A stretch of DNA of 32,000 bases from Hyperthermus butylicus DSM 5456 (GTDB taxonomy: Archaea > Thermoproteota > Thermoprotei_A > Sulfolobales > Pyrodictiaceae), in the NCBI RefSeq assembly GCF_000015145.1, contig NC_008818.1:1170001-1202000 (forward strand), in the 5' to 3' direction. The translations under genes were made by a program, and so were the position numbers. The notes under the pieces were generated by a model that was given only the letters and a program-made list of their open reading frames with translations, ran no database searches and was not told the origin of the DNA. Shown one piece after another: positions 17,381 through 27,345 of this stretch; the stretch's first letter is position 1; each line of letters starts with the position of its first letter.

Positions 17381-19081
17381 ATGGCTGTAGACTTGTTTTC
17401 TGATGTCCTAAAACTGGTTGATGGTCTTCGTGGGTTTGAGCTTGTTGCTAGTCTTGCCAGGTTTCACCGTGTACAAGGTGGCGACGATATAGTCGTGGCT
17501 GTTGAACATGTTGGCCAGGTGCTTGAGGAGCTTGGCGTCGAGGTTCGGTTGGAGGTGTTTCGTGGGCCTCTGGGGCTTGGGGAGTTTTGGGGTTTTGGTG
17601 AGCCGCGTGGCTGGCGTCTAGGCGGTGGACGTGTTGAGGTTTGGGAGGATGTTGGTGGCTGGAAGACTGTTGCCTCTGTGGAGGATACACCGCTTACGGT
17701 TGTTGTTCATTCTCCTCCGGGTAGTGTTGAGGAGAGGGTCCGCCTGGCTGCTGAGCCTGCTGATGCCGGTGAGGATGATATCGTTGTCTCTCCAGAGTTT
17801 GACGCGTACAAATATTATCGCTTTGCTGAGCGCGGTGTTACCGGCATAATTGGTACACATAGGGGGCCTGGTGTAAGGTATTGGGGGCTCTTCCCAGCAT
17901 TCTTTATTGAAGAGCCTAGGGTGCCTGCAGTCAGCCTGGAGTACAACACTGCCATGAATCTTGTTGGTAAACGTGTCCGCATTACCGTCGAGTCTGAGTA
18001 TCATGGATTCCCCTCTACCCCCATACTTGTTGCGCGTGTTGGGCCTGAGGGTGCTCCCTGCATAGCACTATACGCGCATGCTTGTCATCCACGACCCGGC
18101 GCTCACGATAATGCTAGTGGTGTGGCTGTACTTGTTGAAGCTCTCTATGCGCTGAAGGAGCTTCTTGGCAGAGATAGCTGGTTCTCCGTATGCGGCATTG
18201 TGGTGCCAGAATATACTGGCAGTATGGCTGTCTTTGCGCAGCACATCGTAGACCCGCAAGAGGTTGTTGCAGCTGTTAGCGTGGACATGGTTGCTGCAGA
18301 TCTCGCTGCTACTGGCGGCTCTCTACACCTTGTTGCTTCGCCTCTACCGCTAGCGTCTCCACTCGACCCGCTACTTGACGTGTTCCTAGGCCATGTTGAG
18401 GGCTATGCTGGCTTCGAGTTCTACAGTGTTGGCAGCGACCACGATGTGACCATCTCGCTCGGCATACCAGGCAGCATGGTTAACGAGTGGCCGGACCGCT
18501 ACTACCATACAAGCCTCGATGAGCCCGGCAACCTCTCTGCTGAGAGGCTACGCGCTACTGCCGCCGCAATAGCTGCTGCCGTAGCCGCACTAGCACGGCT
18601 AGGCCCCGAGAAGGCAGCTAAGCTTGCTGGGCTCTGGGCAAGGCACCAAGCTTCAAAACTCTCCGCAAGAGCTTATGCAGGCGAGCCTCTGGACATGACT
18701 GCCGCGGCTGAGCTTGAAAAGCTAGCGGTAGAGCACGCTTCTACACGCATTAAAGCACTGGCTTCTGGCGGACAACCAGAACCGCCTTGGCCATTTGAGT
18801 TTGAACTCTCTCTAAGGGCTCCCATGAGCAAGCTCTACCTCTACGCTCACCGCCACGTAGAAGCCTATAGAGAGCTACTCAAAGCACTCGAGGATGATCG
18901 TGAGAAGGTGCTTCAGCGCTTACTAGTCCTAGGCTCCGGTACTGCATCGCGTAGGGTAGTAGAGCTCTACGCGAGGGGAGTACTAGGGCTCAAGCATGCC
19001 GAGAAAAAGGCCGATCTAGTCGTCAAGGCTCTGACTGCTAAGCCCCAGCAGCGGGCTGCAAGCGGAAAGCATGAGGGCTAG
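17381..19081 (+). CDS. M28-like zinc aminopeptidase (DUF4910-type)
   Basis: ALYAHACHPRPGAHDNASGVAVLVEAL, VPEYTGSMA, SVDMVAAD, YSVGSDHDVTISLGIPGSMVNEWPDRYYHTSLDEPGNL: zinc-ligand pattern of M28-like peptidases. Confidence 0.8.
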   Translation: MAVDLFSDVLKLVDGLRGFELVASLARFHRVQGGDDIVVAVEHVGQVLEELGVEVRLEVFRGPLGLGEFWGFGEPRGWRLGGGRVEVWEDVGGWKTVASVEDTPLTVVVHSPPGSVEERVRLAAEPADAGEDDIVVSPEFDAYKYYRFAERGVTGIIGTHRGPGVRYWGLFPAFFIEEPRVPAVSLEYNTAMNLVGKRVRITVESEYHGFPSTPILVARVGPEGAPCIALYAHACHPRPGAHDNASGVAVLVEALYALKELLGRDSWFSVCGIVVPEYTGSMAVFAQHIVDPQEVVAAVSVDMVAADLAATGGSLHLVASPLPLASPLDPLLDVFLGHVEGYAGFEFYSVGSDHDVTISLGIPGSMVNEWPDRYYHTSLDEPGNLSAERLRATAAAIAAAVAALARLGPEKAAKLAGLWARHQASKLSARAYAGEPLDMTAAAELEKLAVEHASTRIKALASGGQPEPPWPFEFELSLRAPMSKLYLYAHRHVEAYRELLKALEDDREKVLQRLLVLGSGTASRRVVELYARGVLGLKHAEKKADLVVKALTAKPQQRAASGKHEG

Positions 19082-19084
19082 GCC

Positions 19085-21070
19085 CTACATTCTCTCTATG
19101 GGCTCTATGCCTAGCAGCCGGAGGCCGCTCGCCACTATGTTCTTTACAGTGTATACCATTGCTAGCTTGAACATCTGCTTGCCTTTATCGGGCTCGTTGA
19201 CCACACTATCGCCACTGGCATACCACTTGTTGAACAAATCTGCTAGCTTGTTAAGGAAGGCTACTATTAACTCCGGCTTCAGCTCGTCCGCTGCCTTGGC
19301 GAATATGTAGGGGTAGCTGAGCGCTAGTAGGATGAGACTGCGCCTTAGCTGGTTTTCCTCTGCCGCAGCATATTCTATGGATTCCCAGTCCAGACTGATA
19401 CCGCGCTCCGCCGCCTTGGATAGTATACTCGAGGCGCGCGCATGAGCATACATGATGTATGGTGCGCTGTTGCGCTCAAAGTTTAGCGCCTCCCTCAGAT
19501 CGAACGTCATGGGCTTCAGTGCTGATACCGAGACTAGTGCATACCTCATAGCTGCAACACCGACAGCGCGCGCTATCCGCTCCTTCTCCTCTGCTGACAG
19601 GTGAGGGCTCCTCTTCTCCACCTCCTCCCGCGCCACCCGTATCGCTTGCTCAACAAGCTCGTCGAGGGTTACATAGCGGCCACGCCTACCACTCATCTTC
19701 TGGCCTGGAAGGTTTACCATCTCGTAGGCATAGTGGATCGTGTTTAGACCCTCGCGACGATACCCTAATGCTATGAGTGCAAGTCTTACTTGTAGCTGTT
19801 CCAGCCTCTGTTCGGCTGCTATCACATTGTACACTTTGTCTGCATTAAATTCGCGGAACTTCTTTATGCTGTATGCTATGTCGCGTGTCGTGTATAGTGT
19901 TGTGCCATCGCTGCGCTGCAGTATAAGCGGAGGCACATCATAGTCCTCGGGGAGGCCCAATACACTACGCACTATCGGGTCGCGAAGCACTGGTTTTAAG
20001 TTTAGGGCGAAGGCTCCCTTGTAGGTTGTTGCATAGGGGCTCTTACGCGCCTCTTCGAGTATCTTTGAGACCATGCCGCTCCAGGCTAGGTCGCTCTCCC
20101 AGTCCCACACATCAAACTCTATGCCGAGTTTACTTAGGGTTTCACGGAACCCCTCAAGGCAGAGTTCGACGACTCTCCTAACCTTACGGACTATCTCCTC
20201 GTTCTCGCGGTACTCGTAGACCCTCATTAGCCTTGATATCTCTGCTCCAACATCCCTCCCCCTAACAGCCTCCGAGATCTTGTCGAAGATATCGGGGTAC
20301 TGTTCGCGGAGCCGTGCAGCATCTGCTACAAGACTGTCTAGCTTCCGTAGAAGCTCCCGGTACCGTTCATCATCACCACTAGCCTTGGCCTCCTCTACCT
20401 GCCTCTTAACCTCCTCTATATCGGCCAACGTATGCGTTATAGCGTATATCGCGCCTATCCAATGGTCAGGCTTAATACCGGGCGGGGGCTCCTCGAAGCC
20501 ACCAGCAATGTAGCCATAGGCCATTACTGCTACCTGGCGACCGAGATCGTTTATGTAGAACCTTGTTTGCACCACGTGGCCTCTTGCACGCAACATTCTC
20601 GCAAGAGTATCTCCGAGGCTTGCATTTCTTGCATGCCCTATGTGTAGTGGATGTACAGGATTAGCACTCGTGTGCTCTATGACTATGCGCATAGGCTTAT
20701 CGGTCTTGATAATACCGTAGCTCTCCCCGTCAAGCCTAGCAGCGTTGAAGATAAGCTTTGCAGCCTCCGCTGCATTCAGTTTGATGTTGAGGTATCCACG
20801 CACAAATAATACATCCTTTACGATGGTGCTTCCTGCGAGTACCTGCTTAACTTTCTCTACAAGCTCCCCGATACCCACACGGTATTTCTTCGCGAACCTC
20901 GCCAGTGGTACACCATAGTCTCCAAGCTCCGGGTTGGGAGACTCATATACTATGTACTCTACCTCCCTACCATCAATCTCTACGTCGAATGATGAGAGTG
21001 CTTCTCTAATAGCTCTAGCAAGCAGCTTGTGCGGAGTATTAGCGTAAACCTCCAGCGACGCCTTTGTCAA
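19085..21070 (-). CDS. argS: Arginyl-tRNA synthetase
   Basis: VIEHTSANPVHPLHIGHARNASLGDTLARML (HIGH), QKMSGRRGRYVTLDELV, C-terminal DALR-type domain. Confidence 0.95.
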   Translation of the reverse strand: MTKASLEVYANTPHKLLARAIREALSSFDVEIDGREVEYIVYESPNPELGDYGVPLARFAKKYRVGIGELVEKVKQVLAGSTIVKDVLFVRGYLNIKLNAAEAAKLIFNAARLDGESYGIIKTDKPMRIVIEHTSANPVHPLHIGHARNASLGDTLARMLRARGHVVQTRFYINDLGRQVAVMAYGYIAGGFEEPPPGIKPDHWIGAIYAITHTLADIEEVKRQVEEAKASGDDERYRELLRKLDSLVADAARLREQYPDIFDKISEAVRGRDVGAEISRLMRVYEYRENEEIVRKVRRVVELCLEGFRETLSKLGIEFDVWDWESDLAWSGMVSKILEEARKSPYATTYKGAFALNLKPVLRDPIVRSVLGLPEDYDVPPLILQRSDGTTLYTTRDIAYSIKKFREFNADKVYNVIAAEQRLEQLQVRLALIALGYRREGLNTIHYAYEMVNLPGQKMSGRRGRYVTLDELVEQAIRVAREEVEKRSPHLSAEEKERIARAVGVAAMRYALVSVSALKPMTFDLREALNFERNSAPYIMYAHARASSILSKAAERGISLDWESIEYAAAEENQLRRSLILLALSYPYIFAKAADELKPELIVAFLNKLADLFNKWYASGDSVVNEPDKGKQMFKLAMVYTVKNIVASGLRLLGIEPIERM

Positions 21071-21128
21071 GGGAACCGCCTACCCCGCAACACGTGGTAA
21101 AGGTACAAGGCTAGGGGGATCTCATGGT

Positions 21129-21455
21129 CTAGCTCCTAGCCTCGGACTCTCTTAGGGCTTCAACTATCTTCTCGAAGACTTGATTCCAGGTAACGTTCTT
21201 TATCCTAACCCTCTTAGTTTTCTCTCGCGTACCGTATACTATGTCTATCATTGAGGGCGAAACCCCTAGGAGCCTCGAGAAGAACATTACTATGCTTGCA
21301 TTAACCCTTCCCTCTACGTCTAACTCCTCAGTGTAGAATACCAGCTCGCCAAGCTCCATGCGCAGCCCGGTAAATGATGCCTCGGGCTTAACATAGAGGG
21401 TTACGTCTACGTAACCGTCTCCCTCCGTAATGTGTTTCCTGAGTGCCTCCTCCAC
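21129..21455 (-). CDS. DUF167 (YggU-like) family protein
   Basis: VDVTLYVKPEASFTGLRMELGELVFYTEELDVEGRVNASIVMFFSRLLGVSPSMIDIVYGTREKTKRVRI. Confidence 0.7.
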   Translation of the reverse strand: MEEALRKHITEGDGYVDVTLYVKPEASFTGLRMELGELVFYTEELDVEGRVNASIVMFFSRLLGVSPSMIDIVYGTREKTKRVRIKNVTWNQVFEKIVEALRESEARS

Positions 21456-21536
21456 CGCTACTACACCCCAAACCCGGAAGACGACGTAGGCTTCTCATAA
21501 AAGCATACTAGTGGCTAACTGTATACAGCCTAACGG

Positions 21537-22322
21537 GTGTTGTTGCTGCAGGGACCCCGTTTCTACGAGATTGTTGAGCCTCATATGCCTATTACGAAGC
21601 TGGTTAAGCTCCTAGCCGTAAAGTCCATAGAGCACGCTATCGTCATTGATGACGGCATAATTATTGGCGTCGTCTCTGTAAAGGATGTTGCAAGACACAT
21701 TGTCAGAGCTTTTGAAGCTGCAGGCTCTGTCGAAGCACTCAACCTGAATGCCATACTTGGGGATGTTGTAGCCAGTATTATGAGCAGGCCCCCCTACGTG
21801 GTATCCGGCCCGCTTGACTACTGCAGAGCTGCTAGCATAATGCTGAGCAAGGGAATAGGCATCTTACCAATTGTAGATTCTTCAGGCTCTTTCCTGGGAG
21901 CCATAACCGAGCTGGACTACGCATTGCAGAGCCTCAAGCTTGACGCGCAAGCTAGCCGTTATGCTACCGGTAAGGTGATTCTCGGTGACCCCGACGAACC
22001 CATTATAGAGGCACTGGGTAGGATGTACGAGCATGGTTTTAGGAGGCTACCCCTACGCGTAGGTGAGGACTACTACATGGCTACAATGCAGTCCCTACTC
22101 CTTGCTATAGCCAGGAGACCTCACATGGAAACACTCTTAGAGAAGGCATATAGGTACTCGACACCAGCAACAATACTTGATGCCGACACGGCTAGTATAG
22201 CCAATGCTGCAGAAACAATACTCTCCATACCCGAGCGCGCCATATTGCTTAGAAGCGCTGACAAGATTAGCATACTAACCGAGCGCGACCTAGTGAGAGC
22301 CTACAGGGATGAACACTGCTAG
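21537..22322 (+). CDS. CBS-domain protein (about four CBS motifs)
   Basis: IEHAIVIDDGIIIGVVSVKDVARHIV...IMSRPPYVVSGPLDYCRAASIMLSKGIGILPIVDSSGSFLGAITELDYA...HGFRRLPLRVGEDYYMATM. Confidence 0.85.
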   Translation: MLLLQGPRFYEIVEPHMPITKLVKLLAVKSIEHAIVIDDGIIIGVVSVKDVARHIVRAFEAAGSVEALNLNAILGDVVASIMSRPPYVVSGPLDYCRAASIMLSKGIGILPIVDSSGSFLGAITELDYALQSLKLDAQASRYATGKVILGDPDEPIIEALGRMYEHGFRRLPLRVGEDYYMATMQSLLLAIARRPHMETLLEKAYRYSTPATILDADTASIANAAETILSIPERAILLRSADKISILTERDLVRAYRDEHC

Positions 22323-22342
22323 AAGGAGAAGGGCGTCACATT

Positions 22343-22462
22343 ATGCCGGTCTACCCTCTAGCTCCGATCGTGGTCTTAGCCACCGCGTTAATATACTTCC
22401 TAACTGCGAGGCTCTTGTGTGGTGCAAAGCATGGAGAAAGGCCTAGCAGAGAGAAGACCTAA
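22343..22462 (+). CDS. Small single-TM protein (39 aa), not in the supplied ORF list
   Basis: ATG MPVYPLAPIVVLATALIYFLTARLLCGAKHGERPSREKT*; overlaps the start of the DUF2283-like gene in another frame. Confidence 0.35.
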   Translation: MPVYPLAPIVVLATALIYFLTARLLCGAKHGERPSREKT

Positions 22463-22670
22463 GCAATACTATGTGGAGGACATTGAAAGACTCTGGATAG
22501 AGTATGATAGGCAAACCGATACTCTCTACATATACTTCGCCGATAAGAACGAGGAGCCCGAGGAGGCTCTACTAGTAGGGGAAGACATCATCGTAGGAGT
22601 TAAGGGGGATAAACTGCTAAGCATAACGGTTAACGAGTTTTCGAGGAGAATAGGGCTGGAGAAATACTAG
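22419..22670 (+). CDS. DUF2283-family small protein
   Basis: IEYDRQTDTLYIYFADKNEEPEEALLVGEDIIVGVKGDKLLSITVNEFSRRI. Confidence 0.7.
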   Translation: MVQSMEKGLAERRPKQYYVEDIERLWIEYDRQTDTLYIYFADKNEEPEEALLVGEDIIVGVKGDKLLSITVNEFSRRIGLEKY

Positions 22671-22804
22671 TTGTCAGCTAAGGACGCTATCCTCCGTGCC
22701 CAGCTACCTACCATGGTTCCAAGATGCTAGCCGATGAAGAGCCGTGTTTCAACGAGCCTTAGCGCGATGAAGAAGCCGCGGCCGTCTCTGAGGCTTAGGG
22801 TTCT

Positions 22805-23233
22805 TTAACGTTTTTCGCTCTCCGTGTAGCCTGGTATGCTGCTCCTATCTGCGTAGTGTACTATGTAGTAGCGCGGCTTTAGCTTCAATACTATGTAGTT
22901 GAACGCTTTCCAGGGATCACTGTTTGCACCACAAGTGTACACGTCCACAGTAGCATAGCCATAGTCGGGCCATGTGTGAATTGATATGTGGCTCTCAAGC
23001 ACCAGGGCGATGACAGAGACACCGCCATGGAACCCAGTAAACTTCCACGTCTTAATGTCCACTAGGTTCATGTTTGCAACTCTAGCAGCTTCTACTACGA
23101 TGTCCTTTAACAACTCCTCATCCCAGAGCTTCTCCTCGTCAACACCATAGAGGTTCCCATAGACATGCTTACCGACGATAAGGTCTCCGCCCGCCTCCCT
23201 ACCACCCTTCTTTACGTTTTGTTGCACAGCCAT
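22805..23233 (-). CDS. speH: S-adenosylmethionine decarboxylase-family proenzyme (pyruvoyl enzyme; may be the crenarchaeal arginine decarboxylase paralogue)
   Basis: [12 protein letters not shown]...[40 protein letters not shown]: Glu-Ser self-cleavage site and CxxxSDP motif. Confidence 0.88.
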   Translation of the reverse strand: MAVQQNVKKGGREAGGDLIVGKHVYGNLYGVDEEKLWDEELLKDIVVEAARVANMNLVDIKTWKFTGFHGGVSVIALVLESHISIHTWPDYGYATVDVYTCGANSDPWKAFNYIVLKLKPRYYIVHYADRSSIPGYTESEKR

Positions 23234-23347
23234 TGCTCATCACTACCTTTTCGCTTGTTAAATTTGTGCCGCCGAGTGTAGGAAACCCCGCCATAAGAGA
23301 GTTTTTCACCTTTACGCAGCCAGCATATAAACCCCAGCTCGCAACAA

Positions 23348-23557
23348 CTAGCACTTAAACCCCTCAACAATGAGGTTTAGACGCTCAGCGAGCCGACAAA
23401 CTTCGTCCACAGGTACCACCGCAACAGCACCATCTTCGCCATAGAGTATTGCTATGCCGCTTACAACCTTTGCCTTAAACCTCACAGGCTTCGATGGCCT
23501 TGCTAGTTCCAGTATTTCTGGCAGCCGTACAGTCTTCTTCTGCTTCCGAGCAGGCAT
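23348..23557 (-). CDS. Hypothetical small protein
   Basis: 69 aa ORF MPARKQKKTVRLPEILELARPSKPVRFKAKVVSGIAILYGEDGAVAVVPVDEV... Confidence 0.5.
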   Translation of the reverse strand: MPARKQKKTVRLPEILELARPSKPVRFKAKVVSGIAILYGEDGAVAVVPVDEVCRLAERLNLIVEGFKC

Positions 23558-23695
23558 AGCTTCACCATGTAGAGGATTATAACATGCTTAACCGCGCGAT
23601 ATAAGCTGCTGGCCAAAAGATAAGATGTGCAGTCTAGGAAAGTAAAAAATTAAGATGTGGGAGGCTCTAACGCTTTCTCCAGTCTTCTACTATCT

Positions 23696-24124
23696 TTAGA
23701 CAGTCGTTGTATATGCTAGCCTCCTCCTTGACGAGCCATACATGCTCCACTCTAGGCTTAGCGCTTCTCTCAGCATGCGCTTTCTCCTACGCTCCTCTAG
23801 CTCCTCCATGACGCCCGGCATGTCTGGCGTTGCGTAGCGGCCTCCACGTAGCTCTACGATATCGCCACGCTGCCTCAGTTTTGACAGCGCCTTCCTCAGC
23901 CTATCCTCGCCAGCTATCCCGCTGAATGCTTCCCTTAGCTCCTTCCACGTTACAGGCCGACCCTTGTTTCGTATGAACTTGTATACTAGCTCTATCAACT
24001 CCTCGTCGGTTGGAGCCTTCATTACGACTAGTTCTTCGTCCTCGTATAGGACGTTTAGCTCTATGCTCATACGTTTCCACCCATTAACTAGAGTTGACGA
24101 AGCGTTTCTGATAAATATTACCAT
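23696..24124 (-). CDS. Hypothetical protein with winged-helix-like region
   Basis: ELVYKFIRNKGRPVTWKELREAFSGIAGEDRLRKALSKLRQRGDIVELRGGRYATP. Confidence 0.6.
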   Translation of the reverse strand: MVIFIRNASSTLVNGWKRMSIELNVLYEDEELVVMKAPTDEELIELVYKFIRNKGRPVTWKELREAFSGIAGEDRLRKALSKLRQRGDIVELRGGRYATPDMPGVMEELEERRRKRMLREALSLEWSMYGSSRRRLAYTTTV

Positions 24125-24197
24125 TCACCGTGTTAACTTTAATTAGCAACATTTCTAGGGAGAAACAAGACTAAAGAATAAGCTTGTGGGACTACTG

Positions 24198-24758
24198 TTA
24201 CCCCACCGGCTCTTCGAGAAACCTCTTTACAACATCGTATACCTGCACACTCACCCTTGCAAGCTGTGCCAGAACCACAGTAGAGAGACCACTTACGTAG
24301 AGGTGTATGGGTATATAGATTGGCGCTAGAGATGGCTCTTCAACATAGACGTCTATGAAGCCTAGCGTACTAGCAAAAACCGTTACGAGACTTGCAACTA
24401 CATCGTTCTCCGACGCCACGCCCTCAACAACATTGTAGGCTAGCGAGCGTAGGCTCTCCAGAAACTCTTGTAGCGCAGCTGCCAAATCCTCACCTACATC
24501 GGTGAGTTTACAGTACTCATTACACTCAACAACACCATAAAATGAGAGCATATCTACTATCTCGTCTAGCCTACCGCATCTGAAACCATAGGACTCGATA
24601 TATGCTCGCAGATCCTCTCTTGCCGCTTTACCGGTCGTCTGTAGTATTCGTAGTATGAGTATCATACATCGTGCACGCTGTGATAGGCTACGGAGGACAC
24701 GCCTATCCGCCCGTAGGAGTATCTCTTCTACACTAGCATCTATACCAGCTTCCCTCAA
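24198..24758 (-). CDS. Hypothetical protein with N-terminal winged-helix-like region
   Basis: ILQTTGKAAREDLRAYIESYGFRCGRLDEIVDMLSFYGVVECNEYCKLTDVGEDL. Confidence 0.55.
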   Translation of the reverse strand: MREAGIDASVEEILLRADRRVLRSLSQRARCMILILRILQTTGKAAREDLRAYIESYGFRCGRLDEIVDMLSFYGVVECNEYCKLTDVGEDLAAALQEFLESLRSLAYNVVEGVASENDVVASLVTVFASTLGFIDVYVEEPSLAPIYIPIHLYVSGLSTVVLAQLARVSVQVYDVVKRFLEEPVG

Positions 24759-24777
24759 CTTCCTACACTCCCCAAGC

Positions 24778-25062
24778 CTACCGTGTAGGTGGTAGTGCTA
24801 CATGTCTAGCTAGCAAGTAGGGAAGGAGCATTAACAGTACTGCAAGTGCCATTAACACTATGCCGCCTATAACAGCTATCTTAACCATATCACTGTTCGA
24901 CCCAAAGATTATCGGTATAGGGCCTATAAATACTATGCCACCATACTCCGTCTTGCCGCCAGCTCTGAACGCTGAGAGGAAGATGCCAAGAAACACTAGT
25001 AGGACGCCTATGAAGATTAAGGCTATGCCTACGGGCACTAACTTGGCCGGCGTAAACTCCAA
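24778..25062 (-). CDS. DUF131-family two-TM membrane protein
   Basis: VPVGIALIFIGVLLVFLG...KTEYGGIVFIGPIPIIFGSN...IGGIVLMALAVLLML. Confidence 0.75.
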   Translation of the reverse strand: MEFTPAKLVPVGIALIFIGVLLVFLGIFLSAFRAGGKTEYGGIVFIGPIPIIFGSNSDMVKIAVIGGIVLMALAVLLMLLPYLLARHVALPPTR

Positions 25063-25138
25063 GGCTTCTCCAGCCCCTTGAAAGCCAGCCTATATACCCC
25101 TATCCAACTAGACTTCCTGCCGTGCGTGCATAAAGTTA

Positions 25139-25810
25139 TTGGTTTACCGGATATATGGAGCTAGTCGGGAGTGGTGGGGGGCTTCCTTGACGCTATTTGG
25201 CTTCAACTACGATTACCAACCATCTGTGCCGTGGGTTCCGACACGCAACGAGGTTATAGAGTACCTCGTAACAGTGCTTCGGCCAAAACCTGGCGACGTC
25301 GTATATGATATCGGCTGCGGGGATGGCAGGGTAGCAGTGACGATAGCATCAAAGTTTCCCCACGTGAGGGTTAGGTGCGTAGAGCTACGTCGCGACCTTG
25401 TGGAGAGGGCTAGGAAGCTTGCCGAGGAGCAGGGCGTTAGGGGGCTAGTTGATATTGTTGAGGCTGACTTCTTCAAGGTAGACCTAAGGGATGCAAACAT
25501 AGTATACATGTATCTTTTGACTAGTGTTAATCAGAAGTTGAGGCCAAAGCTCGAACACGAGCTTAGGATTGGCACTCTTTTAGTATCGCTAGACTTTCCG
25601 ATACCTGGCTGGAACCCAGTTGCAACCATTGAACTTGAGAGGTCTTGGCAAAGGGTATTCTACATCTATGTGCGCGGAGTCTCGGATATAGGCACAGCCA
25701 GTGAAGCTATGGAAGAGGCCCTGAGGAGCGCACTTAGGAGACTCGACCTTGAAGCCGCTAGGAGAAAGGGGGCAAATATAGTTATTAGCCTTCCTCAAAT
25801 CTCCAAGTAG
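25139..25810 (+). CDS. Class I SAM-dependent methyltransferase (resembles archaeal protein-lysine MTase / FAM173-like)
   Basis: [38 protein letters not shown]...[14 protein letters not shown]...[33 protein letters not shown]. Confidence 0.8.
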   Translation: MVYRIYGASREWWGASLTLFGFNYDYQPSVPWVPTRNEVIEYLVTVLRPKPGDVVYDIGCGDGRVAVTIASKFPHVRVRCVELRRDLVERARKLAEEQGVRGLVDIVEADFFKVDLRDANIVYMYLLTSVNQKLRPKLEHELRIGTLLVSLDFPIPGWNPVATIELERSWQRVFYIYVRGVSDIGTASEAMEEALRSALRRLDLEAARRKGANIVISLPQISK

Positions 25811-27257
25811 TTTTGCCTCCAGGATAATCATAGAGCTTTATGCCTAGCTCTCCGAGTTCTGCCCGAATGTTGTCTGCCAGCTCGTACATCTTTCTCGCCC
25901 TAAGCTCGGCTCTGACCTTAACTATGAGGTCTACGAGCTTACCGACCAGCTTTTGGGCTTGTTGAGCTACACCATATACAATGTCGTCGAGCACTGCGAA
26001 TACCTCGTTGAACTCTAGTAGTGTCCTGTAGGCTAGGATGGCTGCTGTATAGTTTTCTGCTGGCAGAATTTCGGCGTTAACAGTCTTTACGAGCTTTAGC
26101 GCTGCTGCTAGCGCGCGGGAAGTATTGAAGTCATTGCTCATGGCCTCGTGGAACTCCTTGTAGAGCGTCAGCACTGTGTTGACAAGCTTTGCTTCGCTAT
26201 CACCTAGCCTTGACTGGGGGTCTACCTCCTCGATGATCCTCTGTAGGCCTTGTAGGGCCCCACGCAGCCTTCGGAGGTTTGCTTTTGCCTGCTCTAGCGA
26301 TTCCTCAGAGAAGTCTAACTGTGTTCTATAGTGGGCGCTTAGTATCCAGAGGCGGAGCGTCTCGGGGCTCCACTTCTTCAACGCCTCTCTTAGCGGTATA
26401 ATGTTGCCTAGACTCTTGCTCATTTTTTCGCCGCGTATTGTGAGGTAGCCCGTGTGCAGCCAGTATCTCACCCAGGGCTTCTTGCCAAAGTATGCCTCGC
26501 TCTGGGCTCGCTCGTTCTCGTGGTGCGGGAATATGAGGTCCTGGCCGCCACCATGTATGTCGAATTGGTCTCCAAGATACCTTGATGCCATTACGCTGCA
26601 CTCTATGTGCCAGCCCGGCCTCCCCCGGCCCCAGGGCGCCTCCCAGTATGGCTCGCCCGGCTTCCACGCCTTCCAGAGAGCGAAGTCGTATGGGTTCTTC
26701 TTCTCCTTTAGCACGTCCTCCTCCTGGCGCCACTCCTCGGGGTGGAAGCGACCGCTAAGCCTTCCATAGTCTGGATACTTGTCTACCTCGAAGTATACGC
26801 TGCCGCTTGGCGCTACGTAGGCGTAGCCCTTGTCTATGAGACCTTCTATGAACTCTATTATCTCGCGTATATGGCTAGTGACGCGGGGATGCATGTCTAT
26901 CTTTATGCGGAGCGCGCGGAGCCCCTCAAAGTAGTCCTTAGCGTATGTCTCGACTATCTCGCGCCAGTCCTTACCCTCCTCACGTGCTCGGTTGATAATC
27001 TTGTCATCGATATCTGTTATGTTCTGTACATGGTAGACATTGTAGCCTCTTAACCTCAGATACCTCTTGATGGCATCGAATGCCACGTAGGTTCTAGCAT
27101 GGCCGAGGTGTGTGTAGTCGTAGACTGTTGGGCCGCAGACATACATGCGCACTAAGCCGGGCCTTAGGGGCTTAAACTCCTCAAGTTTACCTCCAAATGT
27201 GTTACGGACCCGTATGGGAGGTAGTTCTATGTAGCTTAGTACGGGGTAGTTCTGCAC
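25785..27257 (-). CDS. cysS: Cysteinyl-tRNA synthetase
   Basis: [53 protein letters not shown]. Confidence 0.96.
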   Translation of the reverse strand: MQNYPVLSYIELPPIRVRNTFGGKLEEFKPLRPGLVRMYVCGPTVYDYTHLGHARTYVAFDAIKRYLRLRGYNVYHVQNITDIDDKIINRAREEGKDWREIVETYAKDYFEGLRALRIKIDMHPRVTSHIREIIEFIEGLIDKGYAYVAPSGSVYFEVDKYPDYGRLSGRFHPEEWRQEEDVLKEKKNPYDFALWKAWKPGEPYWEAPWGRGRPGWHIECSVMASRYLGDQFDIHGGGQDLIFPHHENERAQSEAYFGKKPWVRYWLHTGYLTIRGEKMSKSLGNIIPLREALKKWSPETLRLWILSAHYRTQLDFSEESLEQAKANLRRLRGALQGLQRIIEEVDPQSRLGDSEAKLVNTVLTLYKEFHEAMSNDFNTSRALAAALKLVKTVNAEILPAENYTAAILAYRTLLEFNEVFAVLDDIVYGVAQQAQKLVGKLVDLIVKVRAELRARKMYELADNIRAELGELGIKLYDYPGGKTTWRFEEG

Positions 27258-27345
27258 AATAGTCTCACGCCCCTAGGCGTGGAGTGGTGGCCCTGGAAAC
27301 CTGCATAAAACTCTAACGCTGAACTCTTCCACGGGTGTAAAAGAG

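Noticed and set aside
17161-17403. Plus-strand ORF containing RARGDLNPGPPAPKAGALSWLGYGP
   Set aside because: Antisense translation of tRNA-Arg(TCG), a well-known annotation artefact.
17197-21070. Idea that argS regulation is linked to the nearby tRNA-Arg(TCG)
   Set aside because: Proximity only, with a 1.7-kb peptidase gene between and no visible regulatory element; not supportable from sequence.
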